A stretch of DNA of 64,000 nucleotides from Eledone cirrhosa (lineage: Eukaryota), in the NCBI GenBank assembly GCA_964016885.1, contig OZ024741.1, positions 122,698,001-122,762,000 of the forward strand, written 5' to 3'. The notes under the pieces are model-generated. The model was not told the DNA's origin and made no database searches. It saw nothing but the letters and a program-made list of their open reading frames with translations. Made by a program: the position numbers and the translations under genes. Of this stretch, positions 13,036 to 25,982 are shown piece after piece; the first letter of the stretch is position 1, and every line of letters begins with the position of its first letter.

Positions 13036-13860
13036 ACTTTTATATTCAACATTGAATTAGGTTGGAAGTAGTTTGTTCTTTGGAAAACCGGATTATAGAC
13101 CGGGTGTGGATGATGAAGCCCGGTAAGCGAAGATGTGGGGTGCATGGAGATACCCAAGGTAAGGAATCTGCCAACGTATATTATCTCGCAAAATAGCTAG
13201 TGGCTGGTTACTTGGGTTAGAACTAAGGAAGTGAGAAAAAGAGTGAACCACTGGAAGTTAAGGCATGGGTCTAATCGCTAAGTAAGTGCGGCTCTGTCGT
13301 GCTATTAAATGCTCATCGAGACAAAACGAGAGGAGTGTGGTTGGTTCAGTGGGTGGGGTTGGTGTCTCTGGGACTCAGCGTGAAGAAAATTCCCGTCCTT
13401 AGGTGTCGACATACCCCAAAGAAATCAGCCCTAGGATTGATTAAATTTATTCCACCACTGTGTATCTCAAGTGTCTCACTTAGGCAGAGGCTGCAAGTGC
13501 CAGACCCGCCTCCGTCTGGTGGTACCTCCCTAACGTTGGACCAAACCAAAGAGTACGTGGTCTTGTCCAGATTGACCTTCCAGATTAGTTCGAAAAGAGC
13601 CGTACTTTTCCTTTTGTCGATCTCATTAAAGGAGTAGCGAGGATTATACCATCTGTCCTTGAAGCTCCTTGGTGTTGCTCCTATGTATATATGCTCCGTG
13701 TTGGGGGTTGTAACACTGCATCGGTAAACTAGGTTCTTCACCAGGCATTCATTTCTAAGGGGGCATAAGGCGGGGTTTCTGCAATTGCATGGAATAGTCA
13801 GCCCCTGCATATTTACTGTGGATTGCCTATTGGGTAGGTTGGACCGGTCCATCTCTGTAT
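13036..13860 (-). mobile_element. 5'-truncated Naiad-type PLE (GIY-YIG domain at 13346-13810 plus pLTR)
   Basis: CNC..CPL..C..LVY..YIG..FKDR..STAL..W..CSLC..E..N.R....CRH. Confidence 0.88.
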
Positions 13861-13883
13861 GTACATACATATAAACACACATG

Positions 13884-14023
13884 CAGTGCCAGATTTAGGA
13901 CAAATGAAGCCCTAAATATTTGGAAAATTTATCATAAATTAATTTTTGGCAGGAAGATACCCCCACTGGCCAACGAGGCCATGTGCTTAAGCACACCTAA
14001 ACACAATGGTAAATCCAATACTG
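13884..14023. mobile_element. hAT-type MITE
   Basis: Imperfect TIRs cagtgccagattta / taaatccaatactg; exact 8-bp TSD cacacatg (13876-13883, 14024-14031). Confidence 0.7.
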
Positions 14024-14179
14024 CACACATGCATACATACACACACACACATATATATATATTTACGTGTCTGAGTATATTAAAGTGCCTGATGTTCAAA
14101 GATAGCAATTTATACATTTACAACGATCTTCAACCGCCCATTTTATCGTTACTTTCCGTTCAAATATTGCATGTATCTC

Positions 14180-14290
14180 CCTATCATCAAACCAGGGTCG
14201 ACAAAATAAACTACCAATTAAGTATTGGGTCGATTTATTCGGATTCCCCTACACCCAAAATTGCTGGTCCTCTGCCTAAATTGGAATACG
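14180..14290 (+). mobile_element. Old SINE 3' fragment
   Basis: gggtcgacaaaataaactacca...gggtcgattta...aaaattgctggtcc. Confidence 0.6.
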
Positions 14291-14808
14291 TTATTTACTA
14301 TACAGACGTATATAGAGCGGTGGTTTGACTGGGGTTTATCTCCCGTCTAAACGTTAGAGGTTTCAATGTCAGATAAAACTCTGTTAAACCAGGCGATTTT
14401 ATGTAGCTTGCATAACATTTTCAAGATTATTTTTCACCCACATTAGATATAATTTCTCTCATAGGTTAAATAATGAATTCTAACGTCTCTTGATGTTCTC
14501 ATTAAATAAGTATTTTCTTTTACATAACGATTAACAGTCACATCTCCAGCAAATATATATAAAACACATCAACGATTTCGCTCTATATGCAATATTTGCG
14601 AGATAACAAACTGTAATAATAACTCTAGAAATAGTTCTATTAAATAGATATTTCATGTCTATACCCTTTTGTAAATGTCAACAAAGAATTCTTTTGAATG
14701 TAAATGCAAAAGAAGAAAATAAAACTCATACAATTTTGCAGAGAAATCTCTAAAAGAAGGAAAAATGCATACTGTTTTACGACCAGACACAGTAGAACAC
14801 AGATAGAT

Positions 14809-14875
<67 letters not shown>

Positions 14876-14936
14876 AGTGTGTGTATGTGTATATATATAT
14901 TTCAAATCTCTACTTTCTAATTAATTTGTTTATATA

Positions 14937-15110
14937 TCTATATATATAAAACTGATGTTGTCTGTGTGTGTGTCCTCATTTTTGCAAAGTCTATACAAAT
15001 CCACATTTCTACTCCGATTGACTTCAAACTTGCATTTATATATTCCTTGTGGTCTAAAGATCCTAACTGCTGCTTTTATGTTTCAATTTTCTGTTATTAA
15101 AGGGGTGTTA
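14937..15110 (+). mobile_element. Possible non-autonomous Helitron 5' end
   Basis: TCtatatatataaaa...gtctgtgtgtgtgtc...ccgattgacttcaaactt layout is typical of such elements. Confidence 0.35.
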
Positions 15111-15221
15111 GGCGTCGATTATCGATCGCCGTCGATCCCTTATAATATCTGTCTGTATGTCTAGCTGTCTGCATAACGACATTCTGACGAACACGTCATT
15201 GCTGACGTATTATCTTCGCTA

Positions 15222-15275
<54 letters not shown>

Positions 15276-15284
15276 TACACACAT

Positions 15285-15315
<31 letters not shown>

Positions 15316-15488
15316 CATATATACTTATATATACATATATATATATACACATATATACATATATACACACATATATATATACATATACATATATATATAT
15401 ACATATACAAACATACACATATATAGATATACACATATACACATATATAAATATACACATAAAAATATATGTATATACACCCACACAC

Positions 15489-15555
<67 letters not shown>

Positions 15556-15586
15556 CATACACACATATATATATGCATACATACAA

Positions 15587-15623
<37 letters not shown>

Positions 15624-16294
15624 AAACGAAGGAAATGTGGTAAGGAACCAGATGAACCATAACGCACCAAAGTACTCAATACTTAGAGTAGTAGAGTGGG
15701 TAATAGGAACGAGTAGGACCTCGATGGCTGAGCTCAAGCCGTTTCGACGGCTAATTCTGGACTAAATGAAAATTTTTATCCTGGTAAATGAATAGCCGAG
15801 CTTCTCAGGGGGTAATTCCATATATGGTAAAAGTGATTGTCACAAGGATCGGTCAAAAGTTTGTTGTTGAGACACATAATTCTATCATGGCATTTTGTGG
15901 AAGGAAGAGGTAGCTGAACTTGCCAGTAGAAGAAAGAGGAAGGGGAAGTGGAGGAAATCCAGCCGTGCGTTGAAAGTGACAAATACAGCAGAATCCTAAG
16001 GATAAGAGGTCGAGAGAAGTATACTAGAGAGGGGGAGGGGGGAGGAAGTCGAAACAATAAGTAAATCTATATGGAGTAAATAAGAATATTAAAAATATAA
16101 AAAACACAATTTCTGGTTACTATTCCCCTACCACAATCATCAAATCTCTCACTGGTACTGCTAAACTATAGAACAGTTTAATAGGTGGGGCGGAATACTA
16201 AATACGAGATTGTAGTGAAAGAATTTTATGAGTTAGTAGTAATCGGCCAAATCTATCTTACAGTGCAGGTCAACAAGTAAGGTGCCAAAATACT

Positions 16295-16325
<31 letters not shown>

Positions 16326-16515
16326 TAATACGAAATAATAATTCAGAGTCCCGAGACTAATACGAAATGTTAATTCAGAATCCCGAAAATGAATACTAAT
16401 ACGTTATATAAGAGTACCGCTACAATACATAAATTCTAATACAAATTACATAAATGCTCGTACGATATATATGAAAAACTAATACGAAAAATTTAATACG
16501 AAAAATTAATTCAGA

Positions 16516-16800
16516 ATTCTTTACTATCTTGAAGCTCTCGCCAGTGTTCACTGAGCTTCAAGATAGTAAAGAATCATCTGTACTCCACCAACATGCTCAA
16601 AATAGAACATAAGGGTAAATTAGAGAACATAGAAATAAAAATAGAATCTACACACAGAAAAGACGCAATGTTTAGACAAATCACAGAGGCAATAAACATA
16701 AATGAACTCCAACCAAAATTAAATAGAAAACATGAATGGAACAGCAACATCACAACTTACAATTAAGGACAAAATGAAAACACATACACACATAGAACGA
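16516..16800 (+). mobile_element. PLE GIY-YIG C-terminal fragment with 22-bp 5' fold-back (16516-16574)
   Basis: QDSKESSVLHQH...HRKDAMFRQITEAININELQPKLNRKHEW; homolog of 7270-7545; attctttactatcttgaagctc and its reverse complement. Confidence 0.75.
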
Positions 16801-17010
16801 ACAACCAAGAAGTATTTTAAATAATAAAAGACGGGTTAAAGCAACCTACAATGTATCTGTATATATATATACACAGATACATATATATATGTATTTCTGA
16901 AACTCGGAAAAAGCCGATGATTTTGTAAAAGTATAGATTTCGAAGCAACACTGAAGTATTGACATAAATGGTATACATAACTGCTATTTAATACCCGGGT
17001 ACCTCTGATA

Positions 17011-17070
<60 letters not shown>

Positions 17071-19449
17071 AGGAGCGCGGGACTGCGTACGGTTTATAAT
17101 TTTTTATCCCATTAGTAAAATAGTAAAATAAGTTGGATTACTTTGAATACATAACGAATGAATATTACATAATTTATCTACTAAATTTCGTGGCTGTTGA
17201 TTAAATATATTTTGTTTATTTAAAGATTCACATCTTTAAAATTTCTGAAATGTCAACACTTCCGGTTGGCCATCGCTTAAGTAAACATACTAATTTTCTG
17301 TCACTAATTTTCTCCTGATGCAGTTTATATATAATATCGTCTTTTTTGATGTATCATGGATTACGCTACTGATTAAATAAAACAGTGTAATGCAGTCTTC
17401 GTTCAATTTCTATGTATTATATATTGTCAATTACGACTTTATTTGACGTATCATATCTACATAGATGTATATATATACCTGCGTATAATATCAATATACA
17501 CACTACACATGCTAGAAGATAACCACCCTTCGGGTTGTATTTCTGCTAGTATATATTAAAGCGTTCGTATGCGGTAGGCCGTATGAGCACTCGATGCCCT
17601 CGTAAGGCTGAGTGCGATATCACAGAAAAAAGAGAATTAGTGTTGCGATGAAAGGAATTTATTGGACATATTACAATTGTTTTTCGGGCGACCAGCTCGA
17701 GGCACGATCGATATGGTGATCAAACCTGACTCTGAAATCGCGCGGTGCTTGGATACGTCTCGATTCTACAAAGCAGATTTTCCTATAGGAAAATAAAGCG
17801 AATATTTTTGCAGTAATGTATTATTACCATGGACAGATGAATATATAGGTTTAAATGGAGAGAAAGCTTATAGATAGCAATTTGAAGACAAATTAGAATA
17901 TATGGTAGGTAACTGTTCACATAGGTGTGGTTTCACTGAATGTCGTAGTAAACACATGAACAATTGAACATTATAAGCGAAGGTAAGAACGAGCGGAATT
18001 ATCAACTCTGAATGCAAACCACGAGAGAAATAACATAATAAATCTATGTTGAAATATAACTTGTTTTGTGCAATGTTCTTTTTTAAGATATTGGTTCAAT
18101 ATTTAAAAAGATATGATGGCAAAATCACATCTTTTCAAACGACACACATAATGGATACGTTGTATGGGATATTTCTAATAGTAGAATACAAGAATTACAA
18201 CAAACCTGATCTAGTGAGTATGGATTATAGTTTAAACGGCTGTTGGGTTTCAAGTTGCAAATTGTCCATTGCGCATTTGCTTAGCTATATATATTTTTTT
18301 CCAATTCATTTCGCAATAGGAGAAGGAAAGAGATCAAACCGGTCGTCAGATCCGACTAAGGAAATGATGTCTTTCCATTATTGAAACGATGTGCTGGTCA
18401 CAAGTAACAGCAGAAGAAGCAATGTGTTTTGTTCAAGGAAACAACTAGCCACCCAGTCAGAAATTGTATCCACAGCGTTATAATCGTGAGTCCAACATCA
18501 CAAACTTGAGTCAAGGTGCCTTCACTCAGCTGCAGAAGAAGTATAAATTTGGTAACCTTGTAAACACCACAGTCTACTATATTGACGAATGTTTTGTTTA
18601 GTCGCAGGTGAATTCCTATTAATGTAAAGCCATGGAGCATGATCCTGTTGGATTTTCATATTCGTATTTAATAATCAGCTTACATATTTCACTTCGGTAT
18701 TTAAACAGTTAAATACATACACACATATTACATCCATCCATACATACATACACACATATATAATACATACATACATGCATACAGGCAGACAAATACACAA
18801 AGACACATATTTATATATAAACATATATCTTACTAGTGTGTTATAGGAATTGCATTCAAAACCAATGTATATATATATATATATATATATATGCACGCGC
18901 GCGCGCGCGTGTGTGTATGTGTGTTTGTGTGTGTGTGAGTGTGTGTGTGTAGTGAATACAAACGGAAAATTTTCAATGTACCCATAATGTAGCCACTGGT
19001 AGTACGGAGTTAAGTCGAACATAATATATATACATAAATTTATACATACACCACACACGCACACACACATATATTTTATATATGCACACAAACAAACATA
19101 GACACATACACACAAACATAGAGATACACACACACATAATACATATTCAAATAATATATGTATATATATACATTGCATATATATATATACATTGTATATA
19201 TATGAGAGAATGACTGTGTCTTCGAGCGTTTATGTGTGTATGTATGTTTGTTCGTCAATTCCGAACACAATTTTGAAATACAATATTGGCATTTTCAGGA
19301 AGTGAATAAGAAGTTGGGTATTGAATAGAAGATCGAATTGACTTAGTAAAGATGATTTGAAAAGATATAAAATATGTAATAATAATATCATAAACATTAT
19401 GTATATATATATACATATATATTGTTATACTTTGGGAGGGTCATGTTGC

Positions 19450-19490
<41 letters not shown>

Positions 19491-19543
19491 TTACTCCAAT
19501 ATTACATTTATATATATATCCTGGATATGTGTACGTATATATA

Positions 19544-19602
<59 letters not shown>

Positions 19603-19632
19603 TATATAGTCTTGTATACACACATACGCACT

Positions 19633-19743
<111 letters not shown>

Positions 19744-20047
19744 GTGTGTGTGTGTGGTGTGTGCGTGAGTGCGTGTATAGTCTTGTATCTTCATTGGCTA
19801 AATTTAAAATGTGGAATTATTTGTGTAATCTAACCTACTGTGTTATAGATATTGCATTCCAAACCAATTTATTTGCGAAGGTGAATTTGTAAAAAAAAAA
19901 ATAAAAATGAAAAAAAATAAAGAAACTGCTACAAAGAGATTTATTGTTTAATATCAATTCTCATAAGTTTCTCCTATTTTCTACATAAATATGGGTGTGT
20001 ATATATTTGTATTGGTATATACTTGTACAAATAAATATATATAAATA

Positions 20048-20083
<36 letters not shown>

Positions 20084-20139
20084 CATACACACACCCACAC
20101 ACATATATATATATGTATATGTGTATGTGTCTATATATT

Positions 20140-20188
<49 letters not shown>

Positions 20189-20506
20189 TATATATGTACA
20201 TGTACTAATATATTGGTGGGATTTCTTACTGCACACTGTTTAGTGTTGTGAAATTTTAGAGATTATATCTATAAATATACTGTTTTGAATATTCCTCATA
20301 ATTTTGTGTCATAGAGTCAAATATTGGAATGGCATTATGAGATTTTATAACATCCAGAAATTATAATTGTTTTTCTTATTGATTGTCGCGTCTTCATATC
20401 ATAATGCAGAAATATTTAAATATTAAAATATACTAAGAAATTGTATTTACACGTTTGAGGCTATCATTGTTACCATGCTTATATATTTATGTTTACTTTC
20501 TTTCAG

Positions 20507-20542
20507 GAAATACCTGAATTGGGAGATAAATTGGCTAAACAA
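20507..20542 (+). CDS. Candidate 36-nt host micro-exon (EIPELGDKLAKQ)
   Basis: Pyrimidine tract plus tttcAG acceptor, 12 open codons, GTGAG donor, non-repetitive context. Confidence 0.4.
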
Positions 20543-20639
20543 GTGAGGTCACGATAGCATCTATTGCTCATGGTGAAGATGTATTATATTATTGTGGGTG
20601 CATTGTTGCTGAATGGTTACGAATTTCGCTTTGGAATCA

Positions 20640-20880
20640 TTAGGTCTATGGTTTGCTTCCACTGCCTTCCATCTTGGGCGTGTGTAACTTCCGCCATCAA
20701 ATCGTTAGGAAGTCATCTCGCCTGCAAAACGAGTCCCATTAACTGAAAAAGCTGATGTATCGGGTATCTTTGTTAGTTCTCCATGTCAGTTTTTTCATCA
20801 TCGTGTCTGCGTGCTCAGCCAAAAATCCAGAAGCTTCCACTTATTCATTTCTCTACCCAGTTTTTTATCCTTCCGTTCCT
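20640..20880 (-). pseudogene. Degenerate RTE-like LINE ORF 3' end
   Basis: Manual translation resembles F.GH..RH...LTW...QL...G......DR..W, with stops and frameshifts. Confidence 0.35.
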
Positions 20881-21675
20881 ATATATATATATGTTAAAAC
20901 TACACTTCTTACAGTAGGAATCTAAGATAATACATCGATCTTATATAAATTGTACTGTATACAAATAATTTCAGTAGATTCATGACTGCATATATAGAAG
21001 CGACAACAAAAGCCAGTAAACTTTGTTTACACGCGGGAATATCTAGAATATTCGGAAATAGTATTGAAACACAGTTGACTTTCATGACATGGATTTTTAT
21101 GACGAAAACCTTTTTAATTTAGTGCAGCAATGCATATATGCTAAACATTATAACCACCATGGCACAGATGAAAATGAGATGTAAAGAATAGAAATGATAA
21201 ATTGAAGGAAATTTCGAAGATGAAAAGCAAATGCTTAATAGATACAAATCAAAATGTTTATATATAAATATAAATAAATAAAAAAAAAAAGAATTACACA
21301 CTGAGACGATAGTAATTTGTGTATTATGTACTCCATTTCCTATATACGCTATGTCATGGCGTGGAAAACGTTGCTTCTCCCACCCAAAGATGAGCTTAGC
21401 AAATTTACCTTATCGTTATATGTAAAACTTTTATTCTTGAAAATTTATAAACTCCAGATGGGGTGCATCTACGAGGTCAAAGTGTTTTAGACGCCGGAAG
21501 ATACAATATTTACTTGATCAATCAATTCAATGATGGATTAATTACCTGATTAATAATAAAAACGAAATAAAATATACCTAAGCAAAGGTTTAAATTGTCA
21601 GCATGCACCTCATAATAGAGACACATTTTATGTTCTTTCTGCAAATGATGATACATCGTATTATTTCTTCTTCAA

Positions 21676-21892
21676 GGACGGTGGACTATCAGAATCGGTA
21701 GAGCGTCGGACAATATGCTTTGTGGAATAGAATTGCGGCCCATTACGCCTTGAATTCAAATCCCGCCGAGATTAGCTTTGCCTTTCATCCTTACGGTGTC
21801 GATAAAATAAACTACCAGTAATGTATTGAAGTCGATTTAATGGACTTTCCCCTCCCCTAACTTTGTTGGCCTTGTGCCTGAATCAGAAACAC
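21676..21892 (+). mobile_element. Full-length tRNA-type SINE with about 14-bp TSD
   Basis: A/B-box-like head (…ttcaaatcc), conserved core, tail; TSD ttatttcttct(t/c)ca. Confidence 0.85.
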
Positions 21893-22202
21893 TTATTTCT
21901 TCTCCATTTATGTACATACCCATACACGCTTTCTCTGACGTATTTTGTAGATGGAGAAGTGTATTCGAGACAACAATCAATGTATTTCCCTGTACGTGTA
22001 TAGCTAAATACGGTGGTTTCTCGAGAATCCCATTGCCCGTAGTATCTTCATATCTTTACATAGTTCTTCCTTTCTTTTCTTCTCACTTTCTCAGACCGTG
22101 TTGCTGTTCGTCTCTCTCTCACTCTGCATATGCATGTATACATGTGTATGTATGTATGTATGTATGTATGTATGTATGTATGTATGTATGTATGTATGTA
22201 TG

Positions 22203-22770
22203 TACAACCTATCTCATGGTCGGGTCGTTGGCCACTAAACTGGCAACCCCACCAAGGTTTCTTGGTGAGGAGGGTGACTTTGGACATCCTGCAGCACTAA
22301 AAACAAAACCTGTCAAAGGGCAAAGGAGCTCTTAAGAGTCAATGGCCATCCAAAAACACCGGGAGAGATGACCCCTTAGCCTTTGGCAAGGCAGAATTCT
22401 AGGAGAAGGAAAACTCTGATATAACACCTGCAACCCTGATGGTATCCAATGATGTTGACTTGTTCTTCTTTTTGGTAAATATCATCTTGGTTAAGAGAGT
22501 GGGACTGGCTTTGTGCAGTGCCTTTGCTCACTATAAAAGCTTCACGGCACAGGCATTGCTTTATATCTGGAGATCTCTCTGCACTTGTCGTTACATGGTA
22601 CCATGGGCCCAGCACTATGTGTCAATAATTGTCACAAGTGTAGTGTTTGTACCAGAGTTTTCAAGTCGCTGGCTGGACTAAAAAGTCACACTCCGCATCG
22701 GTAGGGGTTCTTCTACATGCATATAAAGTAATGGCCGTACTCGAAAACGAGTTGGCAGCCACCATGTATG
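22203..22770 (+). mobile_element. Non-autonomous RTE-derived element flanked by (TATG)n
   Basis: RTE-type 5'UTR motif ggagaaggaaaactctga joined to a C2H2-like end HKCSVCTRVFKSLAGLKSH; close copy at 43033-43630. Confidence 0.75.
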
Positions 22771-22903
22771 TATGTATGCATGTATGTATATGAGTATGTA
22801 TATATCTATGTAGGTTTGCTTGCATGTATGTATGTATCAGTGTGTGATTTTAATTATGTATATAAATATATAAATGAAATATAATATAATATAATATAAT
22901 ATA

Positions 22904-22962
<59 letters not shown>

Positions 22963-23019
22963 GAAGTAATTCCGTCGGAAAGATCCAGGAAAAAAGAGTG
23001 CTCTATGTAGGTTACAGAG

Positions 23020-23215
23020 CTTAATAGTTATGTAATAAACAACATAAGGACATTATTTCATTCACCAGTGGTTTCTTGAAAGCAAACACATTTTGCTTTC
23101 AATCTTCATAATGATAAAAATCCTGGTGTATTTATTGACATTGGATTTTAAAAACAAAAATATAATCTATATGAAAGTGAGGCTGGAAAAAGGAGAAGGA
23201 AATGAAAAATAAACA
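23020..23215 (-). mobile_element. PLE pLTR with damaged hammerhead; inverted homolog of 40725-40915
   Basis: Minus strand: catt-aTGAAGA-ttgaaagcaaa...tttgctttcaa-GAAACcactgGT. Confidence 0.7.
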
Positions 23216-23280
23216 CACATGCACACACACAATTACATACACACACATATATACATACACATATATATTTTTACATACAT

Positions 23281-23343
<63 letters not shown>

Positions 23344-23717
23344 AGTAATGGAGCTGCGGCGTTGCAAATGGGTTACATATGAAAAAGTTTGTCCTTCATC
23401 AGTGGTCTTCCAACCGTCATAAGCATTTCATCGCTTTAAATCATGTCTTTAGAATTATTAGATAAAATATATACCATTTCCTCTCCCAATCAGCATAATT
23501 AACCATATAAAAAATCAATTAGACCAGGCTATAAGAATAAAGACTCTTATGAAGAAATCTCCGACAAATAACCAAAAGTGGCCTCTTCGCGGTGGCCCCA
23601 ATAGAGTATTTATCCAACATTTCGACAGCATGTATAAACTGACTAAATATACCATCAACCATACACAATAAGGTGTAAATTAAAACTTAGAAGAAATGTG
23701 TACATACCGTAATTATA

Positions 23718-23793
23718 TCCCTAACATGGTTTCATCCGTATTTTTAGACATCCAATTAATAGGAAATGCCCAGAGTTCGAATTCATCAGGAGA
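23718..23793 (-). ncRNA. Type-I hammerhead-like motif
   Basis: tctc-CTGATGA-attcg...cggat-GAAAccatgtTA-ggga. Confidence 0.6.
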
Positions 23794-24108
23794 CAAACTC
23801 AAAATTAGACACTTAGTTTTCCAAAGTGATCGCGCCAAAATTAGATAAAAAAATGGGTAAGAACCGCATTGTGGCAGTGGTCAAGTTAGAAAGAATGTGA
23901 TTGGTTGCTTACGGCGGGTAGGCTTGTTGCTAGAAAGCGCAGCCAAATATCGCCAAATTGTATCTCAACCTAACGGGAGATTATTAAATATAAAGGTTTA
24001 CATATACATAAAGTTATAGATATATATGTTGCAACCGGTTACTTTGTGGCTCTATGAAGAATTAATAAATTAAATAATCAGAGCAATATATCATAAATCA
24101 TGTCTTTA

Positions 24109-24149
<41 letters not shown>

Positions 24150-24272
24150 CATACACATATACATACACGTACAAATACACATACATATACATATACATAC
24201 ATACACACATATATCTCAACATATCCATATATACACATACTTACAAATACACAAACACACACACACACACAC

Positions 24273-24340
<68 letters not shown>

Positions 24341-24380
24341 AGAGAGAGAAAGAGAAGTGGTTACACAACGGTTAGTTCAC

Positions 24381-24428
24381 CATACCGAGAACAATTGTTT
24401 CACCTTCGCGGATCTTCAGCTAGGGATG
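24381..24428 (-). ncRNA. Minimal type-I hammerhead ribozyme
   Basis: cctag-CTGAAGA-tcc-gcgaa-gg-tGAAAC-aatt-GTT-ctcgg. Confidence 0.75.
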
Positions 24429-25982
24429 TTTATGGTTATAGGAACAGGAAGGACAACCGTACGAACGCGCATGCGCAGAAACTCGGTCACTTCATACAGG
24501 CAATACTAGACTGCGTGCGGGGGGTGTAAGGGAGATAACTGCGAAAGTCCGGAAAGCTTTTTGGTTGAAAATAAAATAAAAAAATTAAAAATATAATTAC
24601 AAAGAATCAGTCCGGGGATTTGTAGTTATGCAATAGATGTTTCGTGACGTGTGGACAACGTGTGAAAAATTCACTTCTCGTGTTTAGGCAATCACTATCG
24701 CGTAACCTCTTTAGGATAGTTATTCGTTCGTCAATACATAAGCCACACGTCGGATTTCCCCTTGTGTATGGCTTGGACTTAGTGATGCTTTCCATTGAAT
24801 GGAGTACCCTATACTTGAGTCCTTGAGGGACCATACGTGGCTCGCGAGTTTCGTGGATGAACGTCTGTCCGGGTATCTGAAGGTAGACTGCTGGTTCAGG
24901 AAACGCTCCTTGAATCGGCCCTCCGTCATGGTCACATATGATTTGAGTTCCTGTGGTTCGTTTGGTCGCTTGGAAGTGACCACAACTTCATAGATTACAG
25001 CTGGTGTGTTGCAATGTTGTTGAAGGGGGAAAACTTCGGGCTTACGACAAGAGCAACCTGGTGGGGTGTAGCTCCTAGGGCTGCTGGTGATGTGGGCCTT
25101 CATGCTCTTAGCGCAGAAGTATCCTAGTTTAACTTTGTGTCGGTTAAAGATGGAGCGGTATTTATGACCTATGGGGAAGTGTCTATCTAAGAGGGCTGGA
25201 AATTCTTTTCCTACATTGGTTTTAACGTTGAGTGAGAAGGGAGGAGAGAACCAGATATTTTGTCTGTTGATGCGCTTACTTTTCTTAATGGTGTTATTGC
25301 TAGTGGGCGAGTAAGTGATAGGTTGTGAGAAGCCGCTGTTAGCCAACGCCGTGTTATAGTAGGGTGCCGCCTGTCAAAGATAGCCTTATTAGAGGAGAGG
25401 TTTGAGATTCTAGTACTGATATTTTTAACGAAGTTTCTAAACACAGTGGGAGGGTGGAATGAGTCCTTGTGAATGTAATTAAGTTTCTCGTTTAGCTTAT
25501 GGAAGGGTCTGTGGGTGTGTGTGCGAAGATCTAAATTAATGTCTAAGAAATCTACGCTAGAGAGATTGGTGGCTACTGTTATCCTAAGGCCTAACTCATT
25601 GAAGGTAGAAGCTAAGTCTTTTTTAAACCGGTCGAGGTCGTGACCACTTTTATGGCTCGATAAAGTCAGTCCATCGTCACGGTATATTCCCGTGTGGAAG
25701 TCCGGGAATCTAACACGTAATATGTCTAAGATATGTCTAACTCGTAATATGTTTAAGATATGTCTAACTCGACCCTTGGACTGAGTGCTCTACCACTACG
25801 GATATTACCTTCCAGGGTTCCACCACTATCTACGTCTCCAGCAGCGATCAGCAGATTCTCCTCACTACGTAGAAGTTTGGTTTTTAGCAGATTCTTCACC
25901 ACGTGCGAGTTTGGCTTACTACCCTGAGAGCGCTCTATATATCCTCGTGTCCTACACAATTTTGCGTCTCATCAACGTCAGT

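Noticed and set aside
13090-13140. aagcccggtaa as a twister ribozyme
   Set aside because: The other conserved twister segments are missing; only a short accggg/cccggt stem is present.
17830-18660. Non-repetitive stretch that might be a decayed coding region
   Set aside because: The frames I translated contain stops, and I could not recognise a family.
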